DNA of 64,000 nt from Gammaproteobacteria bacterium (GCA_965204045.1 CBDBDW010000002.1:3026260-3090259), one strand, 5' to 3'; positions 21,101 through 32,846 are shown, numbered from the stretch's first letter. The notes: a model not told the origin generated them from the letters alone. Translations and numbers: made by a program.

Positions 21101-21619
21101 GAAACCCTTGAGAACGCCATTCACAAGATTGATAAGGAAACGCGTTCCCGCTTCAAGGACACATTCGACCGTTTGAATGCCAATCTTAAGGAAAACTTTC
21201 CCTTGTTGTTCGGCGGGGGGCACGCCTACCTTGAGATGACCGCCCAGGACCTGCTGGAAACCGGCGTCACGGTCATGGCCAGACCGCCCGGCAAAAAGAA
21301 CAGCAATATCCACCTGTTGTCCGGCGGTGAAAAAGCCTTGACTGCCGTGGCGCTGGTATTTTCCATCTTTAAATTGAACCCGGCGCCGTTCTGTATTCTT
21401 GACGAGGTCGATGCGCCCCTTGACGATAATAACGTAAGAAGGTTCAGCGACATGGTGAAATCGATGTCAAAAGACGTACAGTTCATCATTATCACCCACA
21501 ACAAGATTACCATGGAGATTACCCGCCAGTTACTCGGAGTAACCATGCACGAAGCAGGCGTATCCCGGCTGGTGTCGGTTGATATCGATGAAGCGGTGGA
21601 AATGGCTGCTTCCGCCTGA
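18107..21619 (+). CDS. smc: chromosome segregation protein SMC
   Basis: GFKSF, GPNGCGKSN, coiled coils, LSGGEK, LDEVDAPLD. Confidence 0.98.
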   Translation: MRLRKIKLAGFKSFVDPTTLLVSDNLVGIVGPNGCGKSNIIDAVTWVMGESSAKHLRGDALTDVIFNGSSVRQPVGQASVELIFDNSEGKLGGPYAGYSEVSIKRQLNRDTISTYYLNGTRCRRKDIQGIFLGTGIGPRSYSIIEQGVISRLIEARPEELRVFLEEAAGISKFRERRRETENRIRHTRDNISRLTDILEELEKQMDHLQRQARAAERFKLLKEEERRLKAELLALEWKELSGNAEEKNKTVRFQETRVEEGLARLRGVEGEIEIQREKYTAANDAFNKAQADFYQVGSDISHTEQRINHVRERIETLKSEIDKARQDELKLQQQLAGDKKELDNAAGISLSLEPRLETAEHTGDEAYNALRQEEESWQKLQAEWDELNRSISGLDKQIEVNTTRKQLLLSGLAGLEQRINNLAKEAGALAPDSMQAKMAQLSAAGSESEKLLDQQKNEFSETSANLQRYRTGLAQINARILELRADYQKNESKIASLEALQQEETHDYRESLEQWLTSLGLADARRVIDRLSIEEGWETALETVAGQRLQDLSVSDLHGPGGAAQALDAGKAGLLLDHADNIHYTPRAWPRLVDKISSEVPVDAILNRIYLAENMEQAREICGELDETESVITRDAVWMNNYWVRIHRPADEDPGPLARGQELSGLKDTRRSLENEISTQEQKAAEYDGLIEEAEQQSGQLLEQLNNRQEAAAAARTQFTELKTRHEQARDRGRQIEQELLKLQEQVENDQSEITGLKVQLEQDDEARRELLAKRRNLEATRAEHDNLLARARSRWQKTNSESHSIALQLESTRAQKLSIEQSIKRCEAQLAAIRERVGDLETSEDSQHNPLQELCETLDIKLAEKVTSEAALTAARESVLQQEKLFRNKEQERAECELELQELRTDLEQARIRHQEIIVRVQTLEERLDAAGQTPETLLNGLEEPAGRQLWQEKIDAVENRIQRLGAINLAAIDEFEQISERKTYLDSQYGDLSAALETLENAIHKIDKETRSRFKDTFDRLNANLKENFPLLFGGGHAYLEMTAQDLLETGVTVMARPPGKKNSNIHLLSGGEKALTAVALVFSIFKLNPAPFCILDEVDAPLDDNNVRRFSDMVKSMSKDVQFIIITHNKITMEITRQLLGVTMHEAGVSRLVSVDIDEAVEMAASA

Positions 21620-21644
21620 TCCGTGCTCCTCACCGCGCATGTAT

Positions 21645-23707
<2,063 letters not shown>

Positions 23708-23742
23708 CTTTACCCGAATAATGGAGGCATTTCATACCGGTT

Positions 23743-24168
23743 ATGACAGCTACAACTGCCAGTAATCATAGGGAGAAACAGATGGGAACGTTTAGAACGG
23801 AGTGTTCGTTGGAAAATTATAAGGACCGAACTCGGTCATTGAGAGTGTCTGATGTCCTGGTTGACACAGGCAGTGAAGCGACATGGATACGACAGGAGCA
23901 TCTCGAAAGCATTGGTATCGAGCCGGAACAGCGGAAACAGGTCTTTTACTTGGCCAATGGACAAAAGATTACCCGATCATTCGGGTATGCAATTGTCCAC
24001 GCGGGCGGCGAATCGACCATCGACGAAGTCGTTTTTGCCCGGAAAGGCGATCAACAACTGCTCGGAGCACGCACCCTGGAGGGTTTGAACCTGGTGGTGG
24101 ACCCCCGCAATAAGCGGCTGATTACCGGCGGACCCAAGCCGGCCCCTGCCAACTACAGTATCCCCTGA
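23743..24168 (+). CDS. clan AA (retropepsin-like) aspartic protease
   Basis: VLVDTGS and LLGARTLEGLNLVVDP motifs. Confidence 0.75.
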   Translation: MTATTASNHREKQMGTFRTECSLENYKDRTRSLRVSDVLVDTGSEATWIRQEHLESIGIEPEQRKQVFYLANGQKITRSFGYAIVHAGGESTIDEVVFARKGDQQLLGARTLEGLNLVVDPRNKRLITGGPKPAPANYSIP

Positions 24169-24214
24169 ACAGGCATTCCTGTCCCGGCAATGCGGGGCCA
24201 GAGTAAGAATATTC

Positions 24215-24397
24215 GTAACTACTCACCCCCCCGTTTGTCATTCCTGCGAAGGCAGGAATCCAGTCAATAACATAGTCGCCGCAGGCGACACGTTATAAGG
24301 TGTCCCGCCGGGACAGGTTTTTTCACTGGATTCCTGCCTTCGCAGGAATGACGAACGAGGAGAAGTGCAGGAAGGACGAGTGGGGGTGAGTAGTTAC
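24215..24397. mobile_element. MITE-like element containing a REP doublet
   Basis: TIR GTAACTACTCACCCCC/GGGGGTGAGTAGTTAC, flanked both sides by GAATATTC; inside, GTCATTCCTGCGAAGGCAGGAATCCAG and its inverse. Confidence 0.75.
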
Positions 24398-24462
24398 GAA
24401 TATTCACGAATTATGCGTAGTGATTCCCCGTAGCTAACTGGATTTTACTCTGACCCCGGATA

Positions 24463-26046
24463 TTATTCAGGCTGCAGGACCGTATCACTGGCCTGAGCAG
24501 TCGGGCTTGACGCCGGATAGTCCAGGGTGTAATGCAGACCCCGGCTCTCCTTCCGGCGTAAAGCCGACTCGATAATCAGGTCTGCCACCAGTGACAGGTT
24601 GCGCAATTCGATCAAGTCGTTATTGATACGGAAATTGCCGTAGTACTCGTAAATTTCAGCCTGCAGGAGTTCGATCCGGTGTTTGGCACGTTGCAGACGC
24701 TTATCCGTGCGCACAATACCCACGTAGTCCCACATGAAGCGGCGAATTTCATCCCAGTTATGGGAAACCACCACTTCTTCATCTGAGTCTGTCACCTGGC
24801 TCTCATCCCATTCAGGTAAAGGACCAAGAGGTGTCCCCCGGTCAAGATTGCGTTTTATATCCTTGTAGGCAGCATGCGCAAAGACCAAGCATTCCAACAG
24901 GGAATTGCTTGCCATACGGTTTGCGCCATTCAGACCCGAACAGGATACCTCGCCGATTGCATAAAGGGCATTGACGTCAGTCCGCCCGTTTTTATCGATA
25001 ACCACACCGCCACAGGTATAATGCGCGGCGGGAACGACTGGAATGGCTTCCCTGGTCAAGTCAAATCCGTATTGGAGACAACGGGCATAGATGGTGGGGA
25101 AGTGATCTATGATGAAATCTTTTCTCACGTGACTGATATCGAGGTAAACACAATCGCTGCCCAGGCGCTTCATCTCGTGGTCAATGGCGCGCGCGACGAT
25201 GTCCCTGGACGCCAACTCTCCCCGTGAATCAAATTTTTCCATGAAGCGGGAACCGTCGGGAAGCAGCAACTTTGCCCCTTCACCGCGCAGTGCCTCGGAA
25301 ATCAAAAAGGATTTCGCCTCCTGGTGATATAGACACGTTGGATGAAACTGCACAAATTCCATGTTGGCGATTTTACAGCCGGCGCGCCAGGCCATCGCAA
25401 TGCCATCCCCGGTGCATATATCGGGGTTGCTTGTATACAGGTAAACCTTGCCGGCTCCACCGGTGGCCAGCACTGTATACCTGGATCGAAATACCCTGAC
25501 CCGGTCATTTTTCTGGTCATAAATATAGGCGCCGACACAGCGCCCATCCGTGATGATGAGATCAAGGCCGGTATGGAATTCGAATAGTTCAATATTGTCG
25601 TGGGCGCGGGTACGATTCTCAAGGGTGCTTTCAATTGCCTTGCCCGTCGAATCGTCCGCGTGCAGGATGCGCCGGTGACTGTGCCCACCTTCCTGGTGCA
25701 GGTGAAACTCCCGGCCTTGGGATTCGGGCAGGCGAGTAAAATTGACACCGAGATCAATCAACCAGCCGGTACTTTTTCTACCGTTCTCTACAACAAACCT
25801 GACCACGTCGGAATGACACAACCCACATCCTGTCTCGATGGTGTCATTGATGTGGGATTCGATGGAATCTTCTGCGCCCAGAACTGCCGATACGCCTCCC
25901 TGGGCGTAAAACGTCGCACCCTCTTTCAAATCCGCTTTAGAGATTACGGCAACATGCGCATACCTGGCCAGTTGCAGGGCCAGGCTTAAACCGGATGCGC
26001 CACTGCCGATAATCAAGGCGTCAGATTGGTGCTGTTCAGTTGTCAT
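24463..26046 (-). CDS. nadB: L-aspartate oxidase
   Basis: [48 protein letters not shown]. Confidence 0.97.
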   Translation of the reverse strand: MTTEQHQSDALIIGSGASGLSLALQLARYAHVAVISKADLKEGATFYAQGGVSAVLGAEDSIESHINDTIETGCGLCHSDVVRFVVENGRKSTGWLIDLGVNFTRLPESQGREFHLHQEGGHSHRRILHADDSTGKAIESTLENRTRAHDNIELFEFHTGLDLIITDGRCVGAYIYDQKNDRVRVFRSRYTVLATGGAGKVYLYTSNPDICTGDGIAMAWRAGCKIANMEFVQFHPTCLYHQEAKSFLISEALRGEGAKLLLPDGSRFMEKFDSRGELASRDIVARAIDHEMKRLGSDCVYLDISHVRKDFIIDHFPTIYARCLQYGFDLTREAIPVVPAAHYTCGGVVIDKNGRTDVNALYAIGEVSCSGLNGANRMASNSLLECLVFAHAAYKDIKRNLDRGTPLGPLPEWDESQVTDSDEEVVVSHNWDEIRRFMWDYVGIVRTDKRLQRAKHRIELLQAEIYEYYGNFRINNDLIELRNLSLVADLIIESALRRKESRGLHYTLDYPASSPTAQASDTVLQPE

Positions 26047-26247
26047 GGGCACGCAGTCTATAGGTGGCATAATTTAAAACATTATGTTTCAATCATACCA
26101 GCCCATCGAGATATAGGAAAAATACTATGATGATTGGCTTTCAAGTTCTGCTCACTGACCCGGATGCTGCTATCATCAGCCTGCGTCGAAAAAGGAGCAA
26201 ACAAGAATTGTCCCTGGAAGATGTGACTGGTTGCGGGATGAGCTTTA

Positions 26248-27084
26248 ATGCCGTTCTTAGAATACATAATTATGAGTCTTTCTACACTAGATCGAGTCAC
26301 CCGAAAATTTGCTGAACCGGACCGTGGTGAGATGACCTATGACGAACGCTGGAACGGCGATGATGGCGGGTTGATTGTTTGTTGGGAGAATGGCCGCAAG
26401 TATCGCCAAAAGAAACCGGAACTCGCCAGTAAGACAATGAATGGAGAGTTACCTTCCTTGGTTTGGAAAGGGGGTATCAGCGATAATATCAATCTCAGCC
26501 ATGATACTAAGAAAAATGGTGATCTGAACGCGAAATATGGCACCTTGTACTATCTCGCCGAATTACAAGGGTTGTCAGGCAAGAACCTGGATATATTACC
26601 ATCCCGAGAATTTCCTCTTATGTGCACTCGGACTGGTTGGCTGATAATATTTACTGGAGACAGTAAAAAATACGGTAAGCCACTAAGCGCAAACAATGCA
26701 CTGGAAATTTGTCACAGGTCGGGGCGAGAATCAGGGAAATCAAATCCTGAGCTTGCCTGTCGCGCTAAGAGAGGCGAATTACCGGCATTGGATTGGCCTG
26801 GAGGTGTTGACACTGTACCTCACCCGTCCCGTCAGTTTGGTTCATTATTCTACCTTGCCCAATGGCAGGGGTTACGAGATGAATCATGGCATGGAATAAC
26901 AGGTAGTAATAAGAACATGTCCACAGCGTGCCCTGTCGGGATTAAATGTGCAGCCAGCGGGACAGTTACTGTCTTTACCAAAGATGCGAGGAAATATTTG
27001 AACAAGCGGGAGATACCAGACATTGAGACTTATCCCGCCCCTACAAATCCGGGCATCCCCAAGACTTATGGAAAAAGAGGTTGA
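26248..27084 (+). CDS. hypothetical protein with a two-fold internal domain repeat
   Basis: PELASKTMNGELPSLVWKGG..YGTLYYLAELQGL versus PELACRAKRGELPALDWPGG..FGSLFYLAQWQGL. Confidence 0.7.
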   Translation: MPFLEYIIMSLSTLDRVTRKFAEPDRGEMTYDERWNGDDGGLIVCWENGRKYRQKKPELASKTMNGELPSLVWKGGISDNINLSHDTKKNGDLNAKYGTLYYLAELQGLSGKNLDILPSREFPLMCTRTGWLIIFTGDSKKYGKPLSANNALEICHRSGRESGKSNPELACRAKRGELPALDWPGGVDTVPHPSRQFGSLFYLAQWQGLRDESWHGITGSNKNMSTACPVGIKCAASGTVTVFTKDARKYLNKREIPDIETYPAPTNPGIPKTYGKRG

Positions 27085-27110
27085 AACTGATGGACATCAA
27101 ACCCATCAAA
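27083..27110 (+). promoter_or_regulatory. putative sigma-E promoter of rpoE
   Basis: GAAACTG-N16-TCAAA versus consensus GGAACTT-N16-TCAAA, 46 bp upstream of rpoE. Confidence 0.45.
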
Positions 27111-27156
27111 ATTGGGGCCGACTACCGGACAGCGCTACGAGAAATAGAAACACTGA

Positions 27157-27735
27157 ATGACTTATAACATATCCGACGAAATACTCGTAGAACGGGTAAA
27201 GCGTGGAGACAGGAAAGCGTTCGATGCTCTCGTGTTGAAATACCAGGGCAGGATTTTGAACCTGGTATCCCGTTTTGTCCATGACCCCAGTGACGCCGGC
27301 GACGTTGCCCAGGAAGCTTTCATCAAGGCATATCGGGCTTTGCCCAAATTCCGGGGCGACAGCGCATTCTATACCTGGATTTACCGAATCGCGGTGAATA
27401 CGGCAAAGAATCACCTGGCTGCAAGGGCGCGCCAACCCTTCGATACGGCTTCAGATTTTGATGAAATGGAACAAATCGGCCACAGCGATACTCTAAAGGA
27501 ACAGACGACGCCCGAGCGGTTGCTGCTTACAGGCGAACTGCAAGAGACTATAATAAGAGCTATTGAAGGATTGCCGGCGGATTTGCGCTCGGCAATCACC
27601 TTGCGGGAAATAGACGGGATGAGTTACGAGGAAATTGCGTCTGTCATGGCGTGCCCCGTGGGCACTGTACGGTCACGGATTTTTCGAGCAAGAGAAGCTG
27701 TGGATAAACAATTGAAACCTTTACTTATCGACTGA
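27157..27735 (+). CDS. rpoE: ECF sigma factor RpoE/AlgU
   Basis: DVAQEAFIKAYRAL..FRGDSAFYTWIYRIAVNTAKN, CPVGTVRSRIFRARE. Confidence 0.97.
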   Translation: MTYNISDEILVERVKRGDRKAFDALVLKYQGRILNLVSRFVHDPSDAGDVAQEAFIKAYRALPKFRGDSAFYTWIYRIAVNTAKNHLAARARQPFDTASDFDEMEQIGHSDTLKEQTTPERLLLTGELQETIIRAIEGLPADLRSAITLREIDGMSYEEIASVMACPVGTVRSRIFRAREAVDKQLKPLLID

Positions 27736-27739
27736 TTAT

Positions 27740-28297
27740 ATGAACGAAGCAAAGAAAGAACAATTGTCTGCCTTCATGGATGATGAGCTTGACGGCCTGC
27801 AAAAAAACCAGGTCGAGCAGATACTGAAAGACCCTGAACTGTTGGATGCCTGGTCCCGTTACCACCTGGTTTCCGACTGTCTGAAAGGTAATCTTCCGAA
27901 ACACCTGGACCGGGAACTGGCAGGGAAGATTTCCAAATCCATTGAGCAGGAACCTGCCATTGTCGCTCCGGGGCGCCTGTCCCATTCATTCGTAAAGCCT
28001 GCCGCCGGCTTTGCCATAGCCGCCTCGGTTGCCGCACTGGCCATCTTCGGCATACAACAGCAACAACCGGGCGGCCCCCATGAAATACCGCAGGACACCC
28101 TGGTGCAATCCGTACCCGGCGCCGGCGGCAATGGAAGCGTCTATGCCCCGGTGCGCCAGGTAAGTAGCGGCAGCGGCAATATCGCCTCCGAATGTAACGG
28201 GAACCCGGGAGAAAACGGCCGCCCGGCCCCGGACAACGGGCAACAGGCGGACAGAAATGAAGCACAGGAAGCACAGTCCGGGGTGAACTGCCCATGA
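27740..28297 (+). CDS. rseA: anti-sigma-E factor RseA/MucA
   Basis: EQLSAFMDDEL, WSRYHLVSD, AIAASVA TM; follows rpoE. Confidence 0.9.
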   Translation: MNEAKKEQLSAFMDDELDGLQKNQVEQILKDPELLDAWSRYHLVSDCLKGNLPKHLDRELAGKISKSIEQEPAIVAPGRLSHSFVKPAAGFAIAASVAALAIFGIQQQQPGGPHEIPQDTLVQSVPGAGGNGSVYAPVRQVSSGSGNIASECNGNPGENGRPAPDNGQQADRNEAQEAQSGVNCP

Positions 28298-29724
28298 CTA
28301 CAATAAGGGCCGGATTGGTATTGCCGTTACTCCTGTTCTGCATTGCCGGAACTGCCGGCGCGGATTCACTGCCGGACTTTACCGAAATGGTACAGGAGAA
28401 CTCCGCGGCGGTCGTTAATATCAGTACGACGTCCAGGAAAGACAATCCGGGGTCACCCGGGCGGTCAATTGTTCCGGATTTGCCTGAGGACAGCCCCTTT
28501 CATGACTTTTTCCGCAAGTTTTTCGAAGAACAGGCGCCCGATAACCCGGGAACGCCCAGAAAGGCGGCATCTCTCGGGTCCGGCTTTATCATTTCAGAGG
28601 ACGGTTATGTCATTACCAACAGCCACGTAGTCGCCGATGCCGATGAAATCATCGTGAGGCTGAACGACCGCAGAGAATTTGTCGCCGAAATCGTCGGAAC
28701 AGACAGGCGCAGTGACATCGCCGTACTGAAGATCGAGGGAAATAAACTGCCTGTGGTCAAACGGGGCAGCTCAGCCGATTTGAAGGTCGGGGAATGGGTG
28801 CTGGCAATCGGTTCTCCGTTTGGTTTTGACTACTCGGTCACCCAGGGGATCGTCAGCGCAATTGGGAGAAGCCTGCCCAACGAAAACTACGTTCCCTTCA
28901 TCCAGACCGACGTTGCCATCAATCCCGGCAATTCCGGCGGCCCCCTGTTTAACCTGGAAGGCGAAGTAATCGGTGTGAACTCGCAGATATACAGCCGTAC
29001 CGGCGGATTTATGGGGCTGTCTTTTGCTGTGCCCATAGACGTCGTCAACAACGTATATTCGCAGTTGCGCGAGACCGGTTATGTCAGCCGCGGCTGGCTC
29101 GGTGTGCTGATACAGGACGTGACCCGGGAACTGGCGGAATCATTCGGCATGGACAAGCCTCACGGAGCACTGGTGGCAAAAGTACTGGACGATAGTCCGG
29201 CGGCGAACGCGGGGATTGAAGTAGGCGATATCATCGTCGAATATAACGGCGCCGGGGTAGCCTTTTCATCCGATCTTCCGCCGTTGGTCGGAAACACCAA
29301 AGTCAATACCAGCGTGCCGCTGGAGATTATCCGGGGCGGCACGCGGAAAAAACTGAAAGTGCTGATTGCAGAACTGCCTGAACGGGACAGCATGGCAAGC
29401 GCCGAGAAGCCCGGTTCGCCGGCTGCGGCCGCCAACGAAATGAAGATCGTGGTGCGGGAACTGACTGCGGAGCAGAGAAAAAGGCTGGAATTGCCCGCGC
29501 ACGGGGTTATCGTGGAACAAGTAATGGAAGGGCCGGGCAGCGAGGCGGGAATTCGTAAGGGTGACGTGCTTCTGATGATAAACAATATGGATGTTGAAAG
29601 CGTTTCACAGTTTGAGGAGATCCTTGCCGGCCTGCCGCGCGATCGTCCAATCCCATTACTGATTCAAAGACGCGGCGCGCCCACCTTCCTGGCATTCAAA
29701 CTGGCCGGGGACAAAGACGAATAA
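28294..29724 (+). CDS. DegP/DegQ/MucD serine endoprotease
   Basis: TNSHV, SDIA, INPGNSGGPL, two PDZ domains, signal peptide. Confidence 0.96.
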   Translation: MTTIRAGLVLPLLLFCIAGTAGADSLPDFTEMVQENSAAVVNISTTSRKDNPGSPGRSIVPDLPEDSPFHDFFRKFFEEQAPDNPGTPRKAASLGSGFIISEDGYVITNSHVVADADEIIVRLNDRREFVAEIVGTDRRSDIAVLKIEGNKLPVVKRGSSADLKVGEWVLAIGSPFGFDYSVTQGIVSAIGRSLPNENYVPFIQTDVAINPGNSGGPLFNLEGEVIGVNSQIYSRTGGFMGLSFAVPIDVVNNVYSQLRETGYVSRGWLGVLIQDVTRELAESFGMDKPHGALVAKVLDDSPAANAGIEVGDIIVEYNGAGVAFSSDLPPLVGNTKVNTSVPLEIIRGGTRKKLKVLIAELPERDSMASAEKPGSPAAAANEMKIVVRELTAEQRKRLELPAHGVIVEQVMEGPGSEAGIRKGDVLLMINNMDVESVSQFEEILAGLPRDRPIPLLIQRRGAPTFLAFKLAGDKDE

Positions 29725-29797
29725 CCTGCTATTCCGGCACTTTGTGATTAACACGGATGTACAGGATTAACAGGATTTTTTCTTAAGAAGAATGCTC

Positions 29798-30085
29798 TCA
29801 CTTCGCCAGTGCTTGCAGTACGGTATCCGGCTCCTTGGAGAGAACGTTTAATAAAACCAGGGCCGGGCCATTAGGGTGCCTGTCACCGCGTTCCCAGTGC
29901 CGTAGCGTGTTGACACTGATGCCAAATGCTGAAGCAAATTCACGTTGACTCATGCCAACGTCAGCCCGGATATTTTTAACATCTATGGGGCTGAGTTTAT
30001 GTATCACAGCCTGGGGGACTTTTCCTTCAGTAAAATCTATCGCTTCCTCCAAACCTGTTTTAATACTGTCATATACTTTATTCAT
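29798..30085 (-). CDS. HigA/NadS-like HTH antitoxin
   Basis: MNKVYDSIKTGLEEAI...GMSQREFASAFGISVNTLRHWERG. Confidence 0.85.
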   Translation of the reverse strand: MNKVYDSIKTGLEEAIDFTEGKVPQAVIHKLSPIDVKNIRADVGMSQREFASAFGISVNTLRHWERGDRHPNGPALVLLNVLSKEPDTVLQALAK

Positions 30086-30250
30086 TACGTGCCTCTTTCG
30101 TAATTCTGCCTTAGAACTCGTGTCAACTTGGCAAGCGTATTTCGTTCCGCTTTGCTGAGATTTTCCTTCTCTCCCTTGCTGAACATCGTAAGCAAAAATA
30201 AATGAAGCAGCTTTACGCTGATATTCAGGCAGTTCCACTATTGTTTGCAC
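30085..30250 (-). pseudogene. RelE/HigB-type toxin with internal deletion and frameshift
   Basis: N-terminus MQTIVELPEYQRKAAS joined out of frame to C-terminus LFLLTMFSKGEKENLSKAERNTLAKL..*, with TAATG coupling to the antitoxin. Confidence 0.75.
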
Positions 30251-30488
30251 ATATCAAATAGTAATCCAATGGACTACCGTTGTCAATCTATACACAACGA
30301 CATAAATAATGTCACGTCATGGTTCGTCATTCCCGCGCAGGCGGGAATCCAGTGGACAATAAAACTCCTTATAATGAATGTTTGCTTACTGGATTCCCGC
30401 CTGCGCCGATGTGTGGACTCCTCCCCCCTTATCATGGTAGTTAAGGGGGGAGAAGCAATTTTGTTTAACCAACAACGAGGAGTCCACG

Positions 30489-31562
30489 ATGAGAGATACT
30501 AACACAATCGGCATAGATTTAGCGAAGCACACGTTTCAGGTGTGCGTGGTCGACAAGCAGGACCGGATGGTGAGCAACCAGGCGATGGGCCGGACGGCGT
30601 TGTCGGCGTATTTAGTGCGTCAGGCGCCGGCCTTGGTGGTACTGGAGGCGTGCGGGGGTGCGCACTATTGGGGTCGCTTAGCGGAGTCGTTCGGTCATCA
30701 GGTGAAGATTCTCTCGCCGCGTTGGGTGTTGCCGTACCGTCAGGGCCACAAGACGGATGCGCGGGATGCGTTAGCGGTGGCCCGTGCGGGGCAGCGGGAG
30801 GAATTGCCGGGGGTGGGGTTGATGGGGGTGGAGCAACAGAGTCTGCAGTGTCAGAAACGCGTGGCGGAGCATCTGACGGACCAATTGACGGCGACGGGGA
30901 ACATGCTGCGTGGGCTGCTGGCGGAGTTTGGGGAAGTGGTGCCGAAGGGGGAGGCGGCGTTACGGCGTGAGTTGCCGCGCGTGCTGGAGGAGGCGGAGAA
31001 CGGGTTGCCGTTGTCGCTACGCCCGCTCTTGGCGCTGGCCTGGCAGTTATGGCAGGCGCAGTCGGCGGCGTTGCAGGAGGCGGAGCGGCAGTTGGCAGAG
31101 CAAGTGCGCGTGACGCCGGCGTGTCGGTCGCTGCTGACACTGGCCGGGGTGGGGCCCAAGAATGCGTTGGGGTTGTATATTGCCCTGGGGGACGGGCAGG
31201 CGTACCGGCATGGTCGGGCCGCGGCGGCCTGTATTGGCTTGACCCCCAAGCAGCACAGCAGTGGGGGCAAGGTGCGCCTGGGGTCGATTGGCAAGCGCAG
31301 CGGGGACAAACGCTTACGTGCCTCGCTCATTACCGGCGCCCATGCGGTACTCCAGGCGCTGGCGCGGCGGGAACCCCGTAATGACGTTGAGGTGTGGCTC
31401 AAAGACCTGGCGGCCCGGCGTGGCGCCGGGCGGGCGGCGGTGGCCCTGGCAAACAAAACCGTGCGTACCGCCTGGGCTATGCTGCGTTACCGGACGGAGT
31501 ACGATCCGGGCCATGCCAACCAGCTGTCGGGCAACCCGCCGGCGGCAGTGGCCGCCGCCTGA
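30489..31562 (+). CDS. IS110-family DEDD transposase/recombinase
   Basis: IGIDLAK, VLEACG, KTDARDA, GLTPKQHSSGGK, AAVALANK. Confidence 0.96.
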   Translation: MRDTNTIGIDLAKHTFQVCVVDKQDRMVSNQAMGRTALSAYLVRQAPALVVLEACGGAHYWGRLAESFGHQVKILSPRWVLPYRQGHKTDARDALAVARAGQREELPGVGLMGVEQQSLQCQKRVAEHLTDQLTATGNMLRGLLAEFGEVVPKGEAALRRELPRVLEEAENGLPLSLRPLLALAWQLWQAQSAALQEAERQLAEQVRVTPACRSLLTLAGVGPKNALGLYIALGDGQAYRHGRAAAACIGLTPKQHSSGGKVRLGSIGKRSGDKRLRASLITGAHAVLQALARREPRNDVEVWLKDLAARRGAGRAAVALANKTVRTAWAMLRYRTEYDPGHANQLSGNPPAAVAAA

Positions 31563-31564
31563 AC

Positions 31565-31790
31565 GGCCAGCCGGGAGAGAGGCGTCAGCGTTTATGTTAT
31601 TTCCTTGCAAGACGGCACAACGTGATAGTGGTCAGACCCACCTTCAGGGACCCTGCTCATTCCCGCGGCGTGAGAACGCCGTTGCGCCGAAGAGGGCTGA
31701 AGGGGCGAACACATCTTGGGCCAGGGGTCGCACCCCAATCAGAGTCCGTATATACGACCGCAGTCTGCCTTCACTATCGATTCGTGCCTA
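31565..31790 (+). ncRNA. putative bridge/seek RNA of the IS1111-type element (ends approximate)
   Basis: Stem-loops whose internal loops match the target (TCATTCCCGCG 31657-31667, TGCGC 31683-31687) and the circle junction (ACACATC 31709-31715, ATATACGA 31750-31757). Confidence 0.75.
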
Positions 31791-32055
31791 CTTGCAAAAC
31801 GGGAGGAGTCCATATAGGGAATGACGAACGTGGCGCAATTTATGACGTTACGTATAATTCCATAGCATATAATTCCGTAGCTGAATTTAGGAATGAAATC
31901 TGTTGACAGAACAGGCGCCCACGCCCCGCTTCCTGGAAATTGATTGTGAGGTCTGAGATATATATCGTCTTCGTTCTTCACAGACCAGCCAGACACAGCA
32001 CCTGAATATCCTGAAGGACCTGCATCTTAAAGTATGCTCGGAAATAAGCGTAGAA

Positions 32056-32728
32056 ATGTCATATGAAGGCGAAACGTTTAAATTTCAACCACCTGTGTGG
32101 GGATGGCATGTTGACCGCGAAGCAAACCTTTTGTATGTCCGCTCCGATCCTGCAGAATCGCTGGTAGACATAACATCAGATTTACTGGCCGATGCCATTG
32201 GTGAAGCACTCGCTTCAATATTTGGCTTGGCTGACGGTGGTGAATTTGCGCGCATATTCCACTGCAAGCACTAGGATCGTGGGGCACTATTGCGCCGCAT
32301 GCGCGGAGAAGCAGCAGCAGAAGAAGATATGGAAAAAATCATGGATGAATTTTCATCGCAGTCACAGATTCAACAGCTTCCAAAATTTCCAGAAGATCAG
32401 CCTATTCCGGATCCCCCTCAAAAGAATGAAAACACTACAGCAACTGACAATGGTGAAATATTAGGCGTTACTACCTTTTATCGATGTCAAAGGTAGAAAG
32501 AACGAAGGGGTTTCCATCGAACTACGAGGAAACGAGAAAAGCGCCGCAATTAAGTATGGTGAAAGGTACTATTTGTATCGTCTGCATGAGTCAATGTCAG
32601 GCAAATTCGTACTTAGTATCCTTCACAATCCGCTGGACCAGGAAGAAGCTTTGGAAGCAGCAGTTTATGTCAATATTAACCGTGCCAAGCAAACGGAACG
32701 ATTTGAGATTACCGGGGGCATACAGTAG
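32056..32728 (+). pseudogene. degraded gene ending in a DUF3883/NOV-like nuclease domain
   Basis: In-frame TAG at 32272-32274, then a frame change near 32475 to FIDVKGRKNEGVSIELRGNE..YYLYRL..HNPL. Confidence 0.5.
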
Positions 32729-32846
32729 GAGGCATGTCATCGTGCCTGGCACAGATATTCTTAATAGCGGCAGGGCGAATTTATGTCTTCCGGCAGATAG
32801 GTTAGAATAACCCTCGTGTATTCAACTATAACTATCCGATAGCCCC

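Larger units (their letters stand above)
30407..31816 (+). mobile_element. IS110 family, IS1111-type insertion sequence (1410 bp)
   Basis: Sub-terminal IRs TGGACTCCTCCC/GGGAGGAGTCCA; removal restores CTGGATTCCCGCCTGCGC|GGGAATGACG with no target duplication. Confidence 0.92.
30289..31856. mobile_element. MITE-like shell with REP doublet, interrupted by the IS
   Basis: Imperfect TIRs TATACACAACGACATAAAT / ATTTATGACGTTACGTATA; inside, CGTCATTCCCGCGCAGGCGGGAATCCAG and an inverse copy split by the IS. Confidence 0.65.

Noticed and set aside
29798-30250. 150-aa toxin-antitoxin fusion protein in the ORF track
   Set aside because: Arises from a deletion/frameshift in the toxin; the toxin C-terminus lies in another frame and the antitoxin has its own ATG
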